A DNA stretch of 64,000 nucleotides from Lama glama (taxonomy: Eukaryota), in contig CM052817.1 in NCBI GenBank assembly GCA_028534125.1, positions 29,204,001 to 29,268,000 on the forward strand, in the 5' to 3' direction. Positions 63,190 through 64,000 of the stretch are shown one piece after another; within the stretch, counting starts at the first letter, position 1, and every line of letters starts with the position of its first letter. Position numbers and translations under genes: made by a program. The notes under the pieces are model-generated. The model made no database searches and had not been told where the DNA came from. It worked only from the letters and a program-made list of their open reading frames with translations.

Positions 63190-63700
63190 GGAAATTTCAC
63201 CGGGAAGTGGCTGAGTAGGACTTAGAACAAGAAGGAATATGGGATGTTGCAGAGTGAACACAGAGTTAGAGAAAGCCTGGGTGCCCTGCATGTGGACCAT
63301 GCAGGTAGAGTACACGGGATGTACAGTGAGTTGGGGGAAGTGACAGAAGGATTATCTGAACATTTAAGTAGGGTATTAATATTGCCAGACTTGTGCTTTC
63401 TAAAGGTTAACAAAAAATCAGGAATTACAAGAGAATGTAGAAACTGCTGACTTAAATGAAGAAACCACTCTGGCTGTGTTGCAAAGGCTGATGGAAAAAA
63501 CCACTGAGGGGACCAGGTGGGAGATTACTGCTGTGATCTGAGCAAGCATGACAAGGACCTTGAGTAAGGATGTTGCCAGTTAAAATCAGTAGAACAATGG
63601 ATTCAACTCATATAGGAAAACAAAATTAATCAACAGGAATTGGAAATCAGTCAGAGGCTGGGGGTAATCGCATTTGTGTTTCCTGTCAATTGTATCTTAA
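63190..63700 (-). mobile_element. L2 fragment
   Basis: 'aaaccactctggctg...ggaccaggtgggagattactgctgtgatctgagcaagcatgac...gaagtggattc'-like antisense L2 segments. Confidence 0.55.
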
Positions 63701-64000
63701 GTAAATTATTTAGAGGAGGCCTGGATCATTTTGAGCTCAACTTAATTGTGAATGATGCTTGCAACAAAGTCCTTTGTGAATTGAATACTTTATTCAAAAT
63801 ATATACACATAGCCGAGAATAAATTGTAGCTTCTCCAGAGGTACTCTTTTGATTGAAGTTCCATATAAATTAAACATTTCATCATGATGAGCAAAACACA
63901 CTTCAAATTAAAACATGCAATAATATTAATTAAACAGAAGAAAGTTGTAAACTGACATTGGCAAACATCTTCACCTTCATTTATTTTTGTGAAACTGCAT

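Noticed and set aside
11..63822. The many 60-150 aa ORFs in the ORF track
   Set aside because: They are low-complexity, often start at non-ATG codons, mostly overlap repeats (often antisense L1), and show no recognisable domains. This is expected by chance in 64 kb.

Overview
AT-rich, non-coding placental-mammal genomic DNA. It is probably camelid (Camelus/Vicugna), judged from the L1 3' UTR type and from seeing no Alu, B1, Bov-tA, PRE or SINEC-type SINEs. I recognise no host protein-coding exon with confidence. The only protein-like ORFs are LINE-1 ORF2 remnants (113..403 and 44633..45307, both minus). The rest is a mosaic of L1 of several ages, L2, L3/CR1, MIR, ERV1/ERVL/MaLR LTRs, hAT MITEs (MER20, MER94, MER102) and microsatellites, with some repeat-free, motif-dense blocks that look like enhancers. 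L1s and LTRs lie mostly on the minus strand, which suggests a large intron of a plus-strand gene. The best-supported unusual feature is a young 5'-truncated L1 (44309-45473) whose 12-bp target-site duplication also encloses about 140 bp of non-L1 DNA with its own AATAAA, i.e. an apparent L1 3' transduction. There is also an intact ERV1 solo LTR with a 4-bp TSD, a textbook-looking 94-nt intron, a PBX-HOX site and a hairpin/duplication scar. I see no evidence of a new multi-gene system. Repeat family names come from recalled consensus sequences, not a search, and boundaries of old repeats are approximate.
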